A stretch of DNA of 27,675 nt from an uncultured bacterium (GCA_966244515.1 CBIMKN010000001.1:1-27675); one strand, 5' to 3'; shown: positions 16,635 through 25,974, numbered from the stretch's first letter. Notes: generated by a model from the sequence alone, not told the origin. A program made the numbers and translations.

Positions 16635-16667
16635 TGAAGGGGCGGCGACGCCCCTTCATTATTTTTT
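16635..16667 (+). terminator. Intrinsic terminator after the HAD gene
   Basis: tgaaggggcg-gcga-cgccccttca, a 10-bp perfect stem followed by ttatttttt. Confidence 0.8.
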
Positions 16668-16675
16668 GATACTAT
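16667..16675 (+). promoter_or_regulatory. Extended -10 (TGaTACTAT) restarting the operon at the first AAA_28 gene
   Basis: 7 nt before ATG 16683, directly after the terminator U tract. Confidence 0.6.
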
Positions 16676-16682
16676 GCAGCGC

Positions 16683-17219
16683 ATGACGCCCCCGTGGTAC
16701 GTGCTTACTGGCGCTCCCTCATCGGGGAAATCGACGCTGCTCGGCGAGATCGCGAGGGCAGGCTACATGACGCAGATCGAGGCAGCGCGTCATGTGATAG
16801 AGCGTGAGATCGCGAAAGGTAGAGATCTGCTCGAACTGCGACAGCGAGATGCAGCAGCCTTCCAGCATGAGGTGCTGCAGTTGAAGCTTGAGTGGGAGGC
16901 GGAGCTGCCTCGCGATCAGATCGTTTTTTTCGATAGAGGCATACCGGATAGCGTCGCGTACTATCGGCATGAGGGCATTCCCGAGGACGAATTCCTTTCG
17001 AAAGCCATCGCGCGCGCGCAATATCGCCGCGTATTCGTGCTCGACCTAATATCGCGTGAGAATTTTATCCTCGATGGGGCTCGTTCAGAGACGTGGGAGG
17101 GCGCACAAGAACTCGACAGGCTTCTTGAGGCAGCGTACCGAGAGCTCGGCTATGATGTCATGCGTGTGCCCGCGCTCCCTCTTTCGGAGCGCGCGGACTT
17201 TATACTGAACAATCTTTGA
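16683..17219 (+). CDS. P-loop NTPase/kinase, AAA_28 (NadR-like) family, paralog 1
   Basis: VLTGAPSSGKST Walker A, FFDRG, ARSET. ATG 16683 is preferred over 16674, which overlaps the -10 box. Confidence 0.82.
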   Translation: MTPPWYVLTGAPSSGKSTLLGEIARAGYMTQIEAARHVIEREIAKGRDLLELRQRDAAAFQHEVLQLKLEWEAELPRDQIVFFDRGIPDSVAYYRHEGIPEDEFLSKAIARAQYRRVFVLDLISRENFILDGARSETWEGAQELDRLLEAAYRELGYDVMRVPALPLSERADFILNNL

Positions 17220-17220
17220 T

Positions 17221-17754
17221 ATGGACACTTCATCATCGCCGCCGTGGTACGTGCTCACCGGAGGTCCTTGTGCCGGCAAGACTACGACGATCGACGAGCT
17301 CGCGAAGCGCGGGCATCCTGTGCTTGCGGAACCCGCGCGGCTCATCATCGATGAAAAGCTCGCGGCAGGACACACCATAGAAGCGATCGTGACCGACCCC
17401 GATTGGCTCCCGTCGGTCACGCGACGCGCTTTCGCGCAGGAGCGCATGGTACCGAAGGAGACTCTTTTCTTTTTCGATCGCGCGCTGCCGGACAGCCTCG
17501 CATACTATCGGCTTGCTCAGAGACCCGTTGATGATTTCTTCGCTCACGCCCTGAGCGAGTCGAGTTATCGAAAGATCTTTTTGCTCGACCTTGTGGATTT
17601 TGTAAATGACGAGGCGCGAAGCGAGACACCGGAGCAGGCAATGATGATCCATGGGCAGATCCGCGAAGCATATGTGGACCAAGGATACGAGATCGTCGAA
17701 GTACCGGTGATGCCTGTCTCAGAGCGCGCGGACTTCATTCTCGAGCGGCTATGA
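17221..17754 (+). CDS. P-loop NTPase/kinase, AAA_28 family, paralog 2
   Basis: VLTGGPCAGKTT Walker A, FFDRA, ARSET; ATGA overlap with purK. Confidence 0.82.
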   Translation: MDTSSSPPWYVLTGGPCAGKTTTIDELAKRGHPVLAEPARLIIDEKLAAGHTIEAIVTDPDWLPSVTRRAFAQERMVPKETLFFFDRALPDSLAYYRLAQRPVDDFFAHALSESSYRKIFLLDLVDFVNDEARSETPEQAMMIHGQIREAYVDQGYEIVEVPVMPVSERADFILERL

Positions 17755-18839
17755 AGACCATCGGGATTGCAGGCGGCGGACAGCTCGGCAGGATGCTTGC
17801 TGATGCGGCCCACGCGCTCGGATTTCGCGTGGTGACGCTCGACCCAGTGCAGGGCGGTCCGGCAGCGCAGGTGGCGGATGAGGAGATCGTCGGCGACTAC
17901 AAAGAGCACGACCTCATGCGGCTCCTTGCCACAAAGTCCGATGTCGTGACGTTCGAAGTTGAATCGGTCAATGCGGAGGCGCTTAAGGAGATCGCGGCCG
18001 AAGGGAGGCCGGTACACCCGACACCGCACACGCTCGCGATCATCAAGGACAAACTTGCGCAGAAGCGATACCTTGCGGAGCGAGAGATACCTGTCGCACC
18101 GTTCGCTGAGGAGCACGAGGCGCCGTCGCTCGGTTACCCATACATACTGAAGGCGCGCTCCGGCGGCTTCGACGGCAGGGGCAACGCGCTCGTCGCATCC
18201 GAGGCGGATCTTCCTGCCGCAAAGGAGAAGCTCAAGGGTGCGCCCGCGTACGCTGAAGGATTTGTCAGGTTTGAGAAAGAACTCGCCGTCGTTGCAGCTC
18301 GAACCGAATCCGGCGACATGCGCATATTTCCGCTCGTCGAGACTGTCCACCGCAACCACATCTGCCACATGGTGCTCTGTCCAGCACCGGTGCCAGATGA
18401 CATCGCGAAAAAAGCACACGCGCTCGCAGAAAAGGTGCTTGCTGCTTTTGAGGGTGCAGGCGTATTCGCAGTCGAGATGTTCCTCTCGGATGAAGAGGTA
18501 TTGGTGAATGAGGTCGCGCCACGCGTGCACAACAGCGGACACCTCACGATCGAAGCGACGGAATCATCGCAATTCGAACAGCATATCCGTGCAATCGCAG
18601 GACTGCCGCTCTCTAGCGCCGAGATGAAGGTCCCTGCCGCGTGCATGATAAACATCCTCGGGGAGCGCGATGGGAAGGCCGAGTCAAAAGGCGTACCGGA
18701 GGCGGAGCAAATTGCCGGTGTGAAAGTTCATATATACGGTAAGATGGAAACGCGCCGAGAGCGAAAGATGGGTCACATCACCGCGGTCGCTGATTCACTC
18801 GACGAGGCAAAAGAAAAGGCACTTCGCGCTGAATCATGA
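17751..18839 (+). CDS. purK: N5-carboxyaminoimidazole ribonucleotide synthase
   Basis: [48 protein letters not shown]. Confidence 0.96.
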   Translation: MKTIGIAGGGQLGRMLADAAHALGFRVVTLDPVQGGPAAQVADEEIVGDYKEHDLMRLLATKSDVVTFEVESVNAEALKEIAAEGRPVHPTPHTLAIIKDKLAQKRYLAEREIPVAPFAEEHEAPSLGYPYILKARSGGFDGRGNALVASEADLPAAKEKLKGAPAYAEGFVRFEKELAVVAARTESGDMRIFPLVETVHRNHICHMVLCPAPVPDDIAKKAHALAEKVLAAFEGAGVFAVEMFLSDEEVLVNEVAPRVHNSGHLTIEATESSQFEQHIRAIAGLPLSSAEMKVPAACMINILGERDGKAESKGVPEAEQIAGVKVHIYGKMETRRERKMGHITAVADSLDEAKEKALRAES

Positions 18840-18865
18840 CGCAAGACGGCGTGGACAATTTCAAT

Positions 18866-19381
18866 ATGATACAAGCCGGCATCATCATGGGTTCTGATTC
18901 AGATCTTTCGGTGATGCAGGATGCCGCGAACATGCTCAAGGAGCTCGGCGTCGAACATGAAGTGACGATCGTTTCTGCGCATCGTACGCCCGACAGGCTC
19001 GTCGAGTATGCGAAATCGGCAGAGGAACGCGGCATCAAAGTGATCATTGCGGGCGCAGGCGGCGCTGCGCACCTGCCAGGCATGATAGCCGCATTCACAC
19101 ACCTTCCCGTGATCGGTGTGCCGATCCTGAGCAAGTCGATGAAGGGGATCGATTCGCTCCTCTCTATCGCTCAGATGCCGCCAGGAATTCCCGTCGCGAC
19201 GGTCGCCATCAATGGTGCAAAAAATGCCGGACTCCTTGCCGCGCAGATCATCGCGACGGCGGACCAGGCAGTGCGCGAAAAGCTTCTCGCTTTCAGGAAG
19301 ACACAAGAATCGAGCGTACTCGAAAAGGCGTCAAAACTCGAACACATAGGATACGAGTCATATCTTAAGGACCATGAGTAA
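18866..19381 (+). CDS. purE: N5-CAIR mutase (class I PurE)
   Basis: [47 protein letters not shown]. Alternative start 18836 (ATGA overlap with purK). Confidence 0.96.
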   Translation: MIQAGIIMGSDSDLSVMQDAANMLKELGVEHEVTIVSAHRTPDRLVEYAKSAEERGIKVIIAGAGGAAHLPGMIAAFTHLPVIGVPILSKSMKGIDSLLSIAQMPPGIPVATVAINGAKNAGLLAAQIIATADQAVREKLLAFRKTQESSVLEKASKLEHIGYESYLKDHE

Positions 19382-20492
19382 GAGCGCCTATGCACAAGCG
19401 GGGGTGGACTATACGAAGCTCGAGCCATTTAAGCACGCGATGATCGCAGCCGGGAGAAAGACGCTGACATTCCCCAATAGGCGAGATGTGTACATCAACA
19501 GCGATGTGCTCCACTCGCACGGCGGCGTTTTCGAGTATCGCGGTTCGAAGCCTCACATGTGGTGCAACACGCAAGAAGGGCTCGGCAATAAGAACTGGAT
19601 CGCTGAGTGGATGTACCAGAACGACGGCACGGGCCGGACGCATTACGAAAAGATCGCCGTCGATAATGCCCTCATGGCGGTCAACGACGTGATCGCGCAA
19701 GGCGCCATGCCTGTCGTGTACACGGACGAAGTCGCGGCCGGCGATTCTGAATGGTTTGCTGACGAGAAGCGGGCGGCGGACCTTGCGGCGGGATTTCTGA
19801 GCGTATGCGAGGAGGCAGGTATGGCCCTGCCAGCTGGGGAGTCTCCGGCACTGAAGTACCTCATCAAGGCAGAGCCGCCGGTGAAGAGCGCGCCGTCGCT
19901 CTCTGGCTGCGTCACGGCGATCATCGCGCCCAAGGAGCGCCTCATTACTGGGACGAATCTCACGCCTGGCGACAGCATCATCGGCGTTACCTCCAGCGGC
20001 ATACATGCGAATGGTATTTCACTCGTCATAAAAAAGGCACTTGAACTTAAAGATCAATTCCTCACGAAGCTCGAGAATGGCAATACGCTCGGTGAGGAGG
20101 CGCTCATTCCGACGCGCTCATACGTAAAGCTTATCGAGACGCTGCAGGACAATGCGATAGACATCCATGCGCTCCTTCCCGGTACGGGAAGCGGCGTTAG
20201 TAAGATCGCGTTCGATTCGAGACCGGCTACGTACCGCATCCATGCATGGGGCGCAGTGCCGCCGCTCTTTACGTTCATGCGCGAGATCGGTGTCTCTCTG
20301 GAGGACTGCCTCAAGACATTTAACTGGGGCATGGGGTACTACATATTTCTTCCGAAAACGGAAGTTGAGCGCGCGATATCGCTTGGTACGGCGGGGGGGT
20401 ATCAGCTCATGGAGATAGGACGCGTCGAGGAGGGTGAGCGTCAGGTGATATTCGAGCCCGAGAACATTACCCTAGCGCCTCCGGGCGAATAA
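19374..20492 (+). CDS. purM: AIR synthase (FGAM cyclo-ligase), divergent
   Basis: [50 protein letters not shown]; located between purE and purC. Confidence 0.82.
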   Translation: MSKSAYAQAGVDYTKLEPFKHAMIAAGRKTLTFPNRRDVYINSDVLHSHGGVFEYRGSKPHMWCNTQEGLGNKNWIAEWMYQNDGTGRTHYEKIAVDNALMAVNDVIAQGAMPVVYTDEVAAGDSEWFADEKRAADLAAGFLSVCEEAGMALPAGESPALKYLIKAEPPVKSAPSLSGCVTAIIAPKERLITGTNLTPGDSIIGVTSSGIHANGISLVIKKALELKDQFLTKLENGNTLGEEALIPTRSYVKLIETLQDNAIDIHALLPGTGSGVSKIAFDSRPATYRIHAWGAVPPLFTFMREIGVSLEDCLKTFNWGMGYYIFLPKTEVERAISLGTAGGYQLMEIGRVEEGERQVIFEPENITLAPPGE

Positions 20493-20500
20493 CTCATTGT

Positions 20501-21436
20501 ATGACCGATGTGCTCAAAGAAACGCAGCTTGATTTTCTCAGCAAGAAATATATCGGGAAAGTGCGCGACGTATATGACATGGGCGACAGGCTCGCGCTCG
20601 TGACGACCGACCGGCACTCGTCGTTCGACCGCATCATTGCGCACGTCCCGCACAAGGGACAGGTGCTCAATCAGATCAGCGCGTGGTGGTGCGAGCAGAC
20701 GAAAGATATAATCCCAAATCACGTGATCTCAGTGCCGGATCCCAATGTGACGATCGGGAAGAAGTGCAATCCGATACAGGTGGAAGCTGTCGTGCGCGGT
20801 TACATGACGGGCGTCACTGACACCTCGCTCTGGACGCATTACCAGAAGGGCAAGCGCGACTTCGGTAATTTCCGCTTGCAGGACGGGATGAAGAAGAATC
20901 AAAGACTGCTTCGTCCTGTATTTACGCCTTCCACAAAACAAGACACTCACGATAGGACGCTCTCACCGCAAGAACTTGTGAACGAGGGCATCGTGTCGCG
21001 TGCCACGATCGATCAGCTCGAAGCTGCGGCGATCGCACTCTATACGCGCGGCGCGGAGATCGCGGCCTCAAGGGGGCTCATACTCGTCGATACGAAGTAC
21101 GAGTTTGGCCTGGACGCGAACGGCTCCATGACGCTTATCGACGAGATACATACGCCCGATTCCTCGCGCTACTGGCAGCTCGACACGTACCAAGAACGCT
21201 ACGATAAAGGGGAGGAACCGGAGTACTTCGATAAGGAATTCCTGAGACTGTGGTTCAAGGAGCATAGCGATCCGTACAAGGATGCTGTGCTGCCTGAGGC
21301 TCCGTCGGAGCTTGTGGAGGAGCTTTCACGCAGGTATATTCGCATGTATGAACAGATCACGGGGGAGACGTTCAAGCCAGGCGAAGAGCCGATCGCCCCG
21401 CGCATCGAAAAGAACCTCCGTGCCGCTAGCCTTTGA
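20501..21436 (+). CDS. purC: SAICAR synthetase
   Basis: GKVRDVY, TDRHSSFD, VVRGY, FTPSTK, LVDTKYEFG, IDEIHTPDSSRYW, DKEFLR. Confidence 0.96.
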   Translation: MTDVLKETQLDFLSKKYIGKVRDVYDMGDRLALVTTDRHSSFDRIIAHVPHKGQVLNQISAWWCEQTKDIIPNHVISVPDPNVTIGKKCNPIQVEAVVRGYMTGVTDTSLWTHYQKGKRDFGNFRLQDGMKKNQRLLRPVFTPSTKQDTHDRTLSPQELVNEGIVSRATIDQLEAAAIALYTRGAEIAASRGLILVDTKYEFGLDANGSMTLIDEIHTPDSSRYWQLDTYQERYDKGEEPEYFDKEFLRLWFKEHSDPYKDAVLPEAPSELVEELSRRYIRMYEQITGETFKPGEEPIAPRIEKNLRAASL

Positions 21437-22877
21437 CGCGCTTACTGCGGTAAGCTCCATCGACGGCCGGTACCGGAGCACCGCCGACGCGCTCGCGCCG
21501 CACATGAGCGAGTATGCGCTCCAGCGTGCACGGCTTTTCGTGGAGTGCGAGTACCTCATCGCGCTCTCCAAGGTCCCGAAGCTCGGCATGCGGAAGCTCT
21601 CTCTGCGCGAGATATCACTCTTGAGGGCGCTGCCCGAGATCACGCTCGAAGAATCGCGCGTCATCAAAGCGATCGAACGGGAAGGGTATGCTGGCATACC
21701 GGCTACGAATCATGACGTAAAGGCGATCGAGTATTTCATCAAACAAAGACTCGAGGGCACGAGCCTCGCTGATGTGCTCGAATGGACTCATTTCGCGCTC
21801 ACCTCTGAAGACGTTAACAGTGTCGCCCACGCGATATGCCTTCGCGACGCGCTCGAAGAAGTGATCCTCCCCACACTCTCAGAGGTGGCAGGATCGTTCG
21901 GCGTATTGGCGAAATCGCATGCCAAAACAAGCATGCTCGCGCGCACGCACGGACAGAGCGCTTCACCGACTACATTTGGTAAAGAAATAAACGTGTTTCT
22001 CGTACGCCTCAAGAGGCAGATTTCATACCTTGAGACGAATCCGATCCTGGCCAAGTGGGGCGGCGCTACTGGCAACTACAATGCGCATACCGCCGCAGCG
22101 CCTCAGGTGGATTGGGTGTCGTTCGCTCGGAAATTCATAGCAGGACTTACTGTGACCGCACAAGGAAAGAAGAGGGGGATACGGCTCGTCCTCAATGAGG
22201 TCACGACGCAGATCGAACCGCACGATACATATGCGGAGCTTTTTGATGCGCTTCGCCGTATCAATACGATTCTTATCGATGCGTCGCAGGATATGTGGCG
22301 ATACATCAGCGATGGGTGGGTGACGCAGAGACCCAAAGCGGGGGAGATCGGCTCAAGCGCGATGCCCCACAAGGTCAATCCGATAGACTTTGAGAATGCT
22401 GAGGGCAATCTCGGTGTGGCAAACGCGCTCTTCGAACACTTCTCTCGCAAGCTCCCCATCTCGCGCCTGCAGCGCGACCTCTCAGACTCGACAGTGGAGC
22501 GAGTATTTGGCACAGCATTCGCGCACACGCTCATAGGGTACAGATCGCTCCTGCGCGGCTTCGGAAAGATCGATGTAAACAAAGCGGCCATGCTCGAGGC
22601 ACTGCGCTCCCACCCTGAAGTCATCGCCGAGGCGCTACAGACCGTGCTCAGAAAAGAAGGCGTGGCGGTACCGTACGAGAAGCTCAAGGAACTTACGCGA
22701 GGCCGCAGTGTCACGATGGAGGACTTCGCGAAATTCATCGATTCGCTCGACATTGCGCCATCGATCAAGCGCCGTTTGAAAGCAATCAGGCCTGAGAATT
22801 ATATTGGCATTGCGGCTATGCTTGCTCGTGCTGACGGAGGGTTCACCCCGTTAGATAGACGCGAGCGACGCGCCTAG
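21420..22877 (+). CDS. purB: Adenylosuccinate lyase
   Basis: SSIDGRY, TNHDVKA, TSEDVN, ARTHGQ, GGATGN, GSSAMPHKVNPIDFENAEGN, SRLQRDLSDS. Probable GTG start at 21420 (485 aa). Confidence 0.96.
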   Translation: MPLAFDALTAVSSIDGRYRSTADALAPHMSEYALQRARLFVECEYLIALSKVPKLGMRKLSLREISLLRALPEITLEESRVIKAIEREGYAGIPATNHDVKAIEYFIKQRLEGTSLADVLEWTHFALTSEDVNSVAHAICLRDALEEVILPTLSEVAGSFGVLAKSHAKTSMLARTHGQSASPTTFGKEINVFLVRLKRQISYLETNPILAKWGGATGNYNAHTAAAPQVDWVSFARKFIAGLTVTAQGKKRGIRLVLNEVTTQIEPHDTYAELFDALRRINTILIDASQDMWRYISDGWVTQRPKAGEIGSSAMPHKVNPIDFENAEGNLGVANALFEHFSRKLPISRLQRDLSDSTVERVFGTAFAHTLIGYRSLLRGFGKIDVNKAAMLEALRSHPEVIAEALQTVLRKEGVAVPYEKLKELTRGRSVTMEDFAKFIDSLDIAPSIKRRLKAIRPENYIGIAAMLARADGGFTPLDRRERRA

Positions 22878-23067
22878 TGCAAAAAGCGAAGGTTCAAGTG
22901 GGGATCGTGTGGCTTGCGGGAGACGGTATCTAACGGGGTTCATGAAGTAAGCGGACTCCTGCCGACGCGTCTCAAAAGAACAAAGGTCGAGCGTTATTCG
23001 TGCGAAAGCCCTTTTCGATCGTTCGGGAAGTCGACGCCCCGGATGAATGGGTCTATCGCGTGCAATG

Positions 23068-23097
23068 AAAAGGACCGGACGCATGTCCGGCCTTTTT
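23068..23097. terminator. Bidirectional intrinsic terminator
   Basis: aaaagg-a-ccggac-gcat-gtccgg-c-cttttt, with A and T tracts on both sides, between convergent transcription units. Confidence 0.75.
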
Positions 23098-23113
23098 CTG
23101 TGTGCATCAACGC

Positions 23114-23896
23114 TTACTGCTTAAGTCCGAGACCAGTGCGGATCAAGTACATATTGATCGTGATGAGCGCGGCAATGAGCGCGACGAGGACGAGCACTGA
23201 TGTGCTGATCGCAATATCGCTGATGCCGAGAAAGCCGTACCTGAATCCATTGATGAGGTAGAAGAGCGGATTGGCGTAGGTGATGCTGGCCCACCACGTC
23301 GGCAACGTGTGCACGGAATAGAAAATGCCTCCCAAGTACACGAGCGGCGTCAGCACGAATGTGGGCACGATGTTGATGCCATCGATCGATTTCGCATAGA
23401 CGCCATTGACGAGGCCGGCGAGCGCGAAGACGATCGCGGTGAGGATCGCGAATCCCAAGATAATCAGCCCGCTGTGGACCGAGAGGTGCAGGCCCGTAAA
23501 GAAGAGCGAAACGAGCATGACGAGAGCACCCACGAGTACGCCGCGTATGACGCCGCCTGCCACGAACCCAGAGATAATGAGCCACGGCGGCATAGGGGAC
23601 ACGAGCATTTCATCGATAGAGCGAGCGAAGAATTTCGATTGGAAGAATGTGAACGAAGAGTTCGCGTAGGCGCTCGTGACTATGGCGAGCATGACGAGGC
23701 CCGGGACCACGAACTGCATGTAATCGACGCCCTGCATGCTCCCGATCCTCGAGCCGAGCACCGTGCCGAATACGGCGAAGTAGAGTACTGAGGTAACGAC
23801 GCTCGGGAGGAATGTCTGCGCCCAGATGCGGAAGATGCGCATCACGTCCTTGCGCACCATCGTATAGAAAGCTGTCCATTTGGCTGATGAGGGCAT
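23114..23896 (-). CDS. ABC-2 type transporter permease (YadH-like)
   Basis: QTFLPSVVTSVLYF, YMQFVVPG, LVSP, LTPLVYLGGIFYS, NPLFYLINGFRYG; about six TM segments. Confidence 0.9.
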   Translation of the reverse strand: MPSSAKWTAFYTMVRKDVMRIFRIWAQTFLPSVVTSVLYFAVFGTVLGSRIGSMQGVDYMQFVVPGLVMLAIVTSAYANSSFTFFQSKFFARSIDEMLVSPMPPWLIISGFVAGGVIRGVLVGALVMLVSLFFTGLHLSVHSGLIILGFAILTAIVFALAGLVNGVYAKSIDGINIVPTFVLTPLVYLGGIFYSVHTLPTWWASITYANPLFYLINGFRYGFLGISDIAISTSVLVLVALIAALITINMYLIRTGLGLKQ

Positions 23897-23897
23897 A

Positions 23898-24659
23898 TTA
23901 TTTTTCGTGAATGAGCTTGAGGAATACTTCTTCCAGCTTGCTGCCGCGGTAGCCCTCCTTGGCTTCGCCGGCCTCAGTGTGCATGGCGAGCATCTCGTCC
24001 ATGCTGGTGTTCGCGACTATCTGGCCCTTGTTGATGATGGCGACGTGTTTGGCGAGCTGTTCTGCCTCTTCGAGGTAGTGCGTCGTAAGAAGGATGGTAA
24101 GTCCTTCCGAGGTGAGTTTCTTGAGGTAGTCCCACATGCCGCGGCGGAGCTCCACGTCGACGCCGGCAGTCGGTTCATCGAGGATGAGGAATTTGGGCCT
24201 GTGCACGAGCGCTCTCGCGATCATCAGGCGGCGCTTCATGCCGCCTGAGAGCTGCATGCCTGAGCCGTACATTTTGTCGCCAAGACCGAGGTCGTGAAGA
24301 AGCTCCTGGGCGCGCGGAAGCGCAACGCTGCGCGGGATGCCGTAGTAGCCGGCCTGGTTGACGACAATGTCGATCGGCTTCTCGAAGGGATTGAAATTGA
24401 TCTCCTGACCGACCAGTCCGATGAAGGTCTTTGCGACCTCCGGCTCCTTGTCGGTGTCGTGGCCGAAAACCTCGATTGTGCCGCTCGTCTTGTTGACGAG
24501 GCCAGTCGCAATGCCGATGATCGTCGTTTTACCGGCTCCGTTGGGGCCGAGGAGGGCAAAAAAGTCGCCTTCGGGGATCTCGAGCGAGACGCCTTTGAGC
24601 GCCTGCGTTCCGTTGCTGTACGTCTTGGTGACGTTCTTGATTGTGAGGGCGTGTGGCAT
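23898..24659 (-). CDS. ABC transporter ATP-binding protein (YadG-like)
   Basis: GPNGAGKTT, LSGGMKRR, ILDEPTAGVD, LTTHYLEEA. Confidence 0.93.
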   Translation of the reverse strand: MPHALTIKNVTKTYSNGTQALKGVSLEIPEGDFFALLGPNGAGKTTIIGIATGLVNKTSGTIEVFGHDTDKEPEVAKTFIGLVGQEINFNPFEKPIDIVVNQAGYYGIPRSVALPRAQELLHDLGLGDKMYGSGMQLSGGMKRRLMIARALVHRPKFLILDEPTAGVDVELRRGMWDYLKKLTSEGLTILLTTHYLEEAEQLAKHVAIINKGQIVANTSMDEMLAMHTEAGEAKEGYRGSKLEEVFLKLIHEK

Positions 24660-24665
24660 AGGGTG

Positions 24666-25397
24666 CTACGATAGCATTTCTTTAATGAAGGAAAAAGTAT
24701 CATCGGGACCGGTGACCGACCTCGTCGGTATGACGCCCACGACCGTTTCGTCATTGCCGCCGGGGAAGAGGGCGTCGCCCATGTACAGGCACTCGTCTTT
24801 ATTCCAGCCGAGCGCGTCGATAAATGCCGCGACGTTGAAGCCTTTGTTCTTGCCGTATTCGAAAAAATCGAGCACTGTCGTGCCGCCGCTGCGAACTTCG
24901 ACATTGGCTCGCTTGAGCTCGTCTACATCGTCGGCAAAGTCTTCAAGAATCCCGAGGCGGATCCTGTGGTCGGGATCGAACGCGTTCTTTCTCGCCGGTT
25001 CCTCGTGGTGGCCTATGAGCGAATACGCGATTTGCGAATCGCGATCGTCGATAATGTCGTTCTCATCGCGGACTTGATAGTTCAAGTGGGCGCGCACTTT
25101 GTCTGTGAATCGGAGAATGGCGTCCTTCTGATCTTGCGAGAGCGAGCGCTTCCACAGTACACGCCCTTCCTTGGTTTCGGCGAAATTGCCATTCTGTCCC
25201 AGGATGTGGTACATGCCTGCGACGGCGGGCGTCAGATGTTCGCGGATGTCCTTCTCGCCATGGCCCGAGACAACGATCACATCGGCTGTTTCGCAGAGGC
25301 TCTTCAGTATCGGCGCGTGCTCGGGCAAGATGAGCGCCTTGCTTGGCGTCAGCGTGTTGTCGAGGTCGAAGAAGAAATGTTTAGGCTTCGATGTCAT
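24666..25397 (-). CDS. Second HAD-IIB PMM-like hydrolase
   Basis: FFFDLDNTL, VVSG, DRDSQIAYSLIG, GGTTVLD...NK, YMGDALFPGGND. Start set to ATG 25397 (243 aa). Confidence 0.85.
   Translation of the reverse strand: MTSKPKHFFFDLDNTLTPSKALILPEHAPILKSLCETADVIVVSGHGEKDIREHLTPAVAGMYHILGQNGNFAETKEGRVLWKRSLSQDQKDAILRFTDKVRAHLNYQVRDENDIIDDRDSQIAYSLIGHHEEPARKNAFDPDHRIRLGILEDFADDVDELKRANVEVRSGGTTVLDFFEYGKNKGFNVAAFIDALGWNKDECLYMGDALFPGGNDETVVGVIPTRSVTGPDDTFSFIKEMLS
24668..24676 (-). promoter_or_regulatory. Extended -10 (TGcTATCGT) for the ABC ATPase, within the last codons of the HAD gene
   Basis: 8 nt before ATG 24659. Confidence 0.5.
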
Positions 25398-25914
25398 GCA
25401 GTGTGAGGCCGTCGATGTAGTCGGATTTGCCGATGGCGAGGCCGTTATTACGAAGGATGGCATATGCCGTGACTACGTGGAAGTAGAAGTTCGGCATAAG
25501 GTACTCGCGCGCATAATCGCCGGCCGTCAGGTACTTGCCCGGGTAATAGTGGAGCGTGACCTTGCGCTCCTCCTGACCCGCGACGTCTTCAGGGCGAATC
25601 GAGTCGAGGAACGTCACTGTCTTTGCGAGCCGCTCCTTTAATTCAGCGAACGTTTTCTCGTTGTCTTCAAACGATGGAGCCTCGATGCCCGCGAGCCTGG
25701 CGGCACCGCCTTTCGCGTTGTCAGATACTCGCTGTACCTGCATCACGAGCGGGAACTGGTCAAATGTGAGACGCATATTCAGCAGGGCGCTCTCATAATT
25801 GTGGCGCTCGGTGCGCTTCGATTCGGCGAGTGCCGCTGCTTTATCGAGAATCTTATCAAGTGCGATGATGCGCTTTCTCATGGCTGGTATGGTCGATGTA
25901 TAGAGGTCGGACAT
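25381..25914 (-). CDS. DUF1993 family protein (DinB-like fold)
   Basis: RL..DQFPL..QV, ARLAG.E.P...DNE, PNFYFHVVTAYAILR..G..IGKSDY. Confidence 0.85.
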   Translation of the reverse strand: MSDLYTSTIPAMRKRIIALDKILDKAAALAESKRTERHNYESALLNMRLTFDQFPLVMQVQRVSDNAKGGAARLAGIEAPSFEDNEKTFAELKERLAKTVTFLDSIRPEDVAGQEERKVTLHYYPGKYLTAGDYAREYLMPNFYFHVVTAYAILRNNGLAIGKSDYIDGLTLHDIEA

Positions 25915-25974
25915 ATACGTAGGTGAATTGATAGAGCCGCAGTGTAAACAGGCTTTCCAAAACGGCGTTGTGGA

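Noticed and set aside
8502-17754. Phage-like DNA hypermodification or nucleotide-depletion defence cluster (thyA-like, dcd, NDT, HAD, kinases)
   Set aside because: No phage, integrase or polymerase genes are present. ThyA keeps the dUMP-specifying Asn, Dcd is the trimeric housekeeping type, and the genes are interleaved with glyA, folA and pur genes.
22886-22910. GGTTCAAGT resembling a tRNA T-loop, and GGGGATCG resembling a tmRNA 5' end
   Set aside because: No complementary T-stem, cloverleaf, TCGAC element or CCA end.
22914-23261. 115-aa plus-strand ORF, and the 77-aa minus-strand ORF at 22851-23084
   Set aside because: Both run through the terminator or into neighbouring genes and have no SD, -10 box or motifs.
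5126-25463. Longer ORF-track starts at 5126, 10753, 11952, 21282 and 25463
   Set aside because: They overlap upstream genes and add low-complexity tails; internal starts fit homology, the -10 spacing or an SD better.
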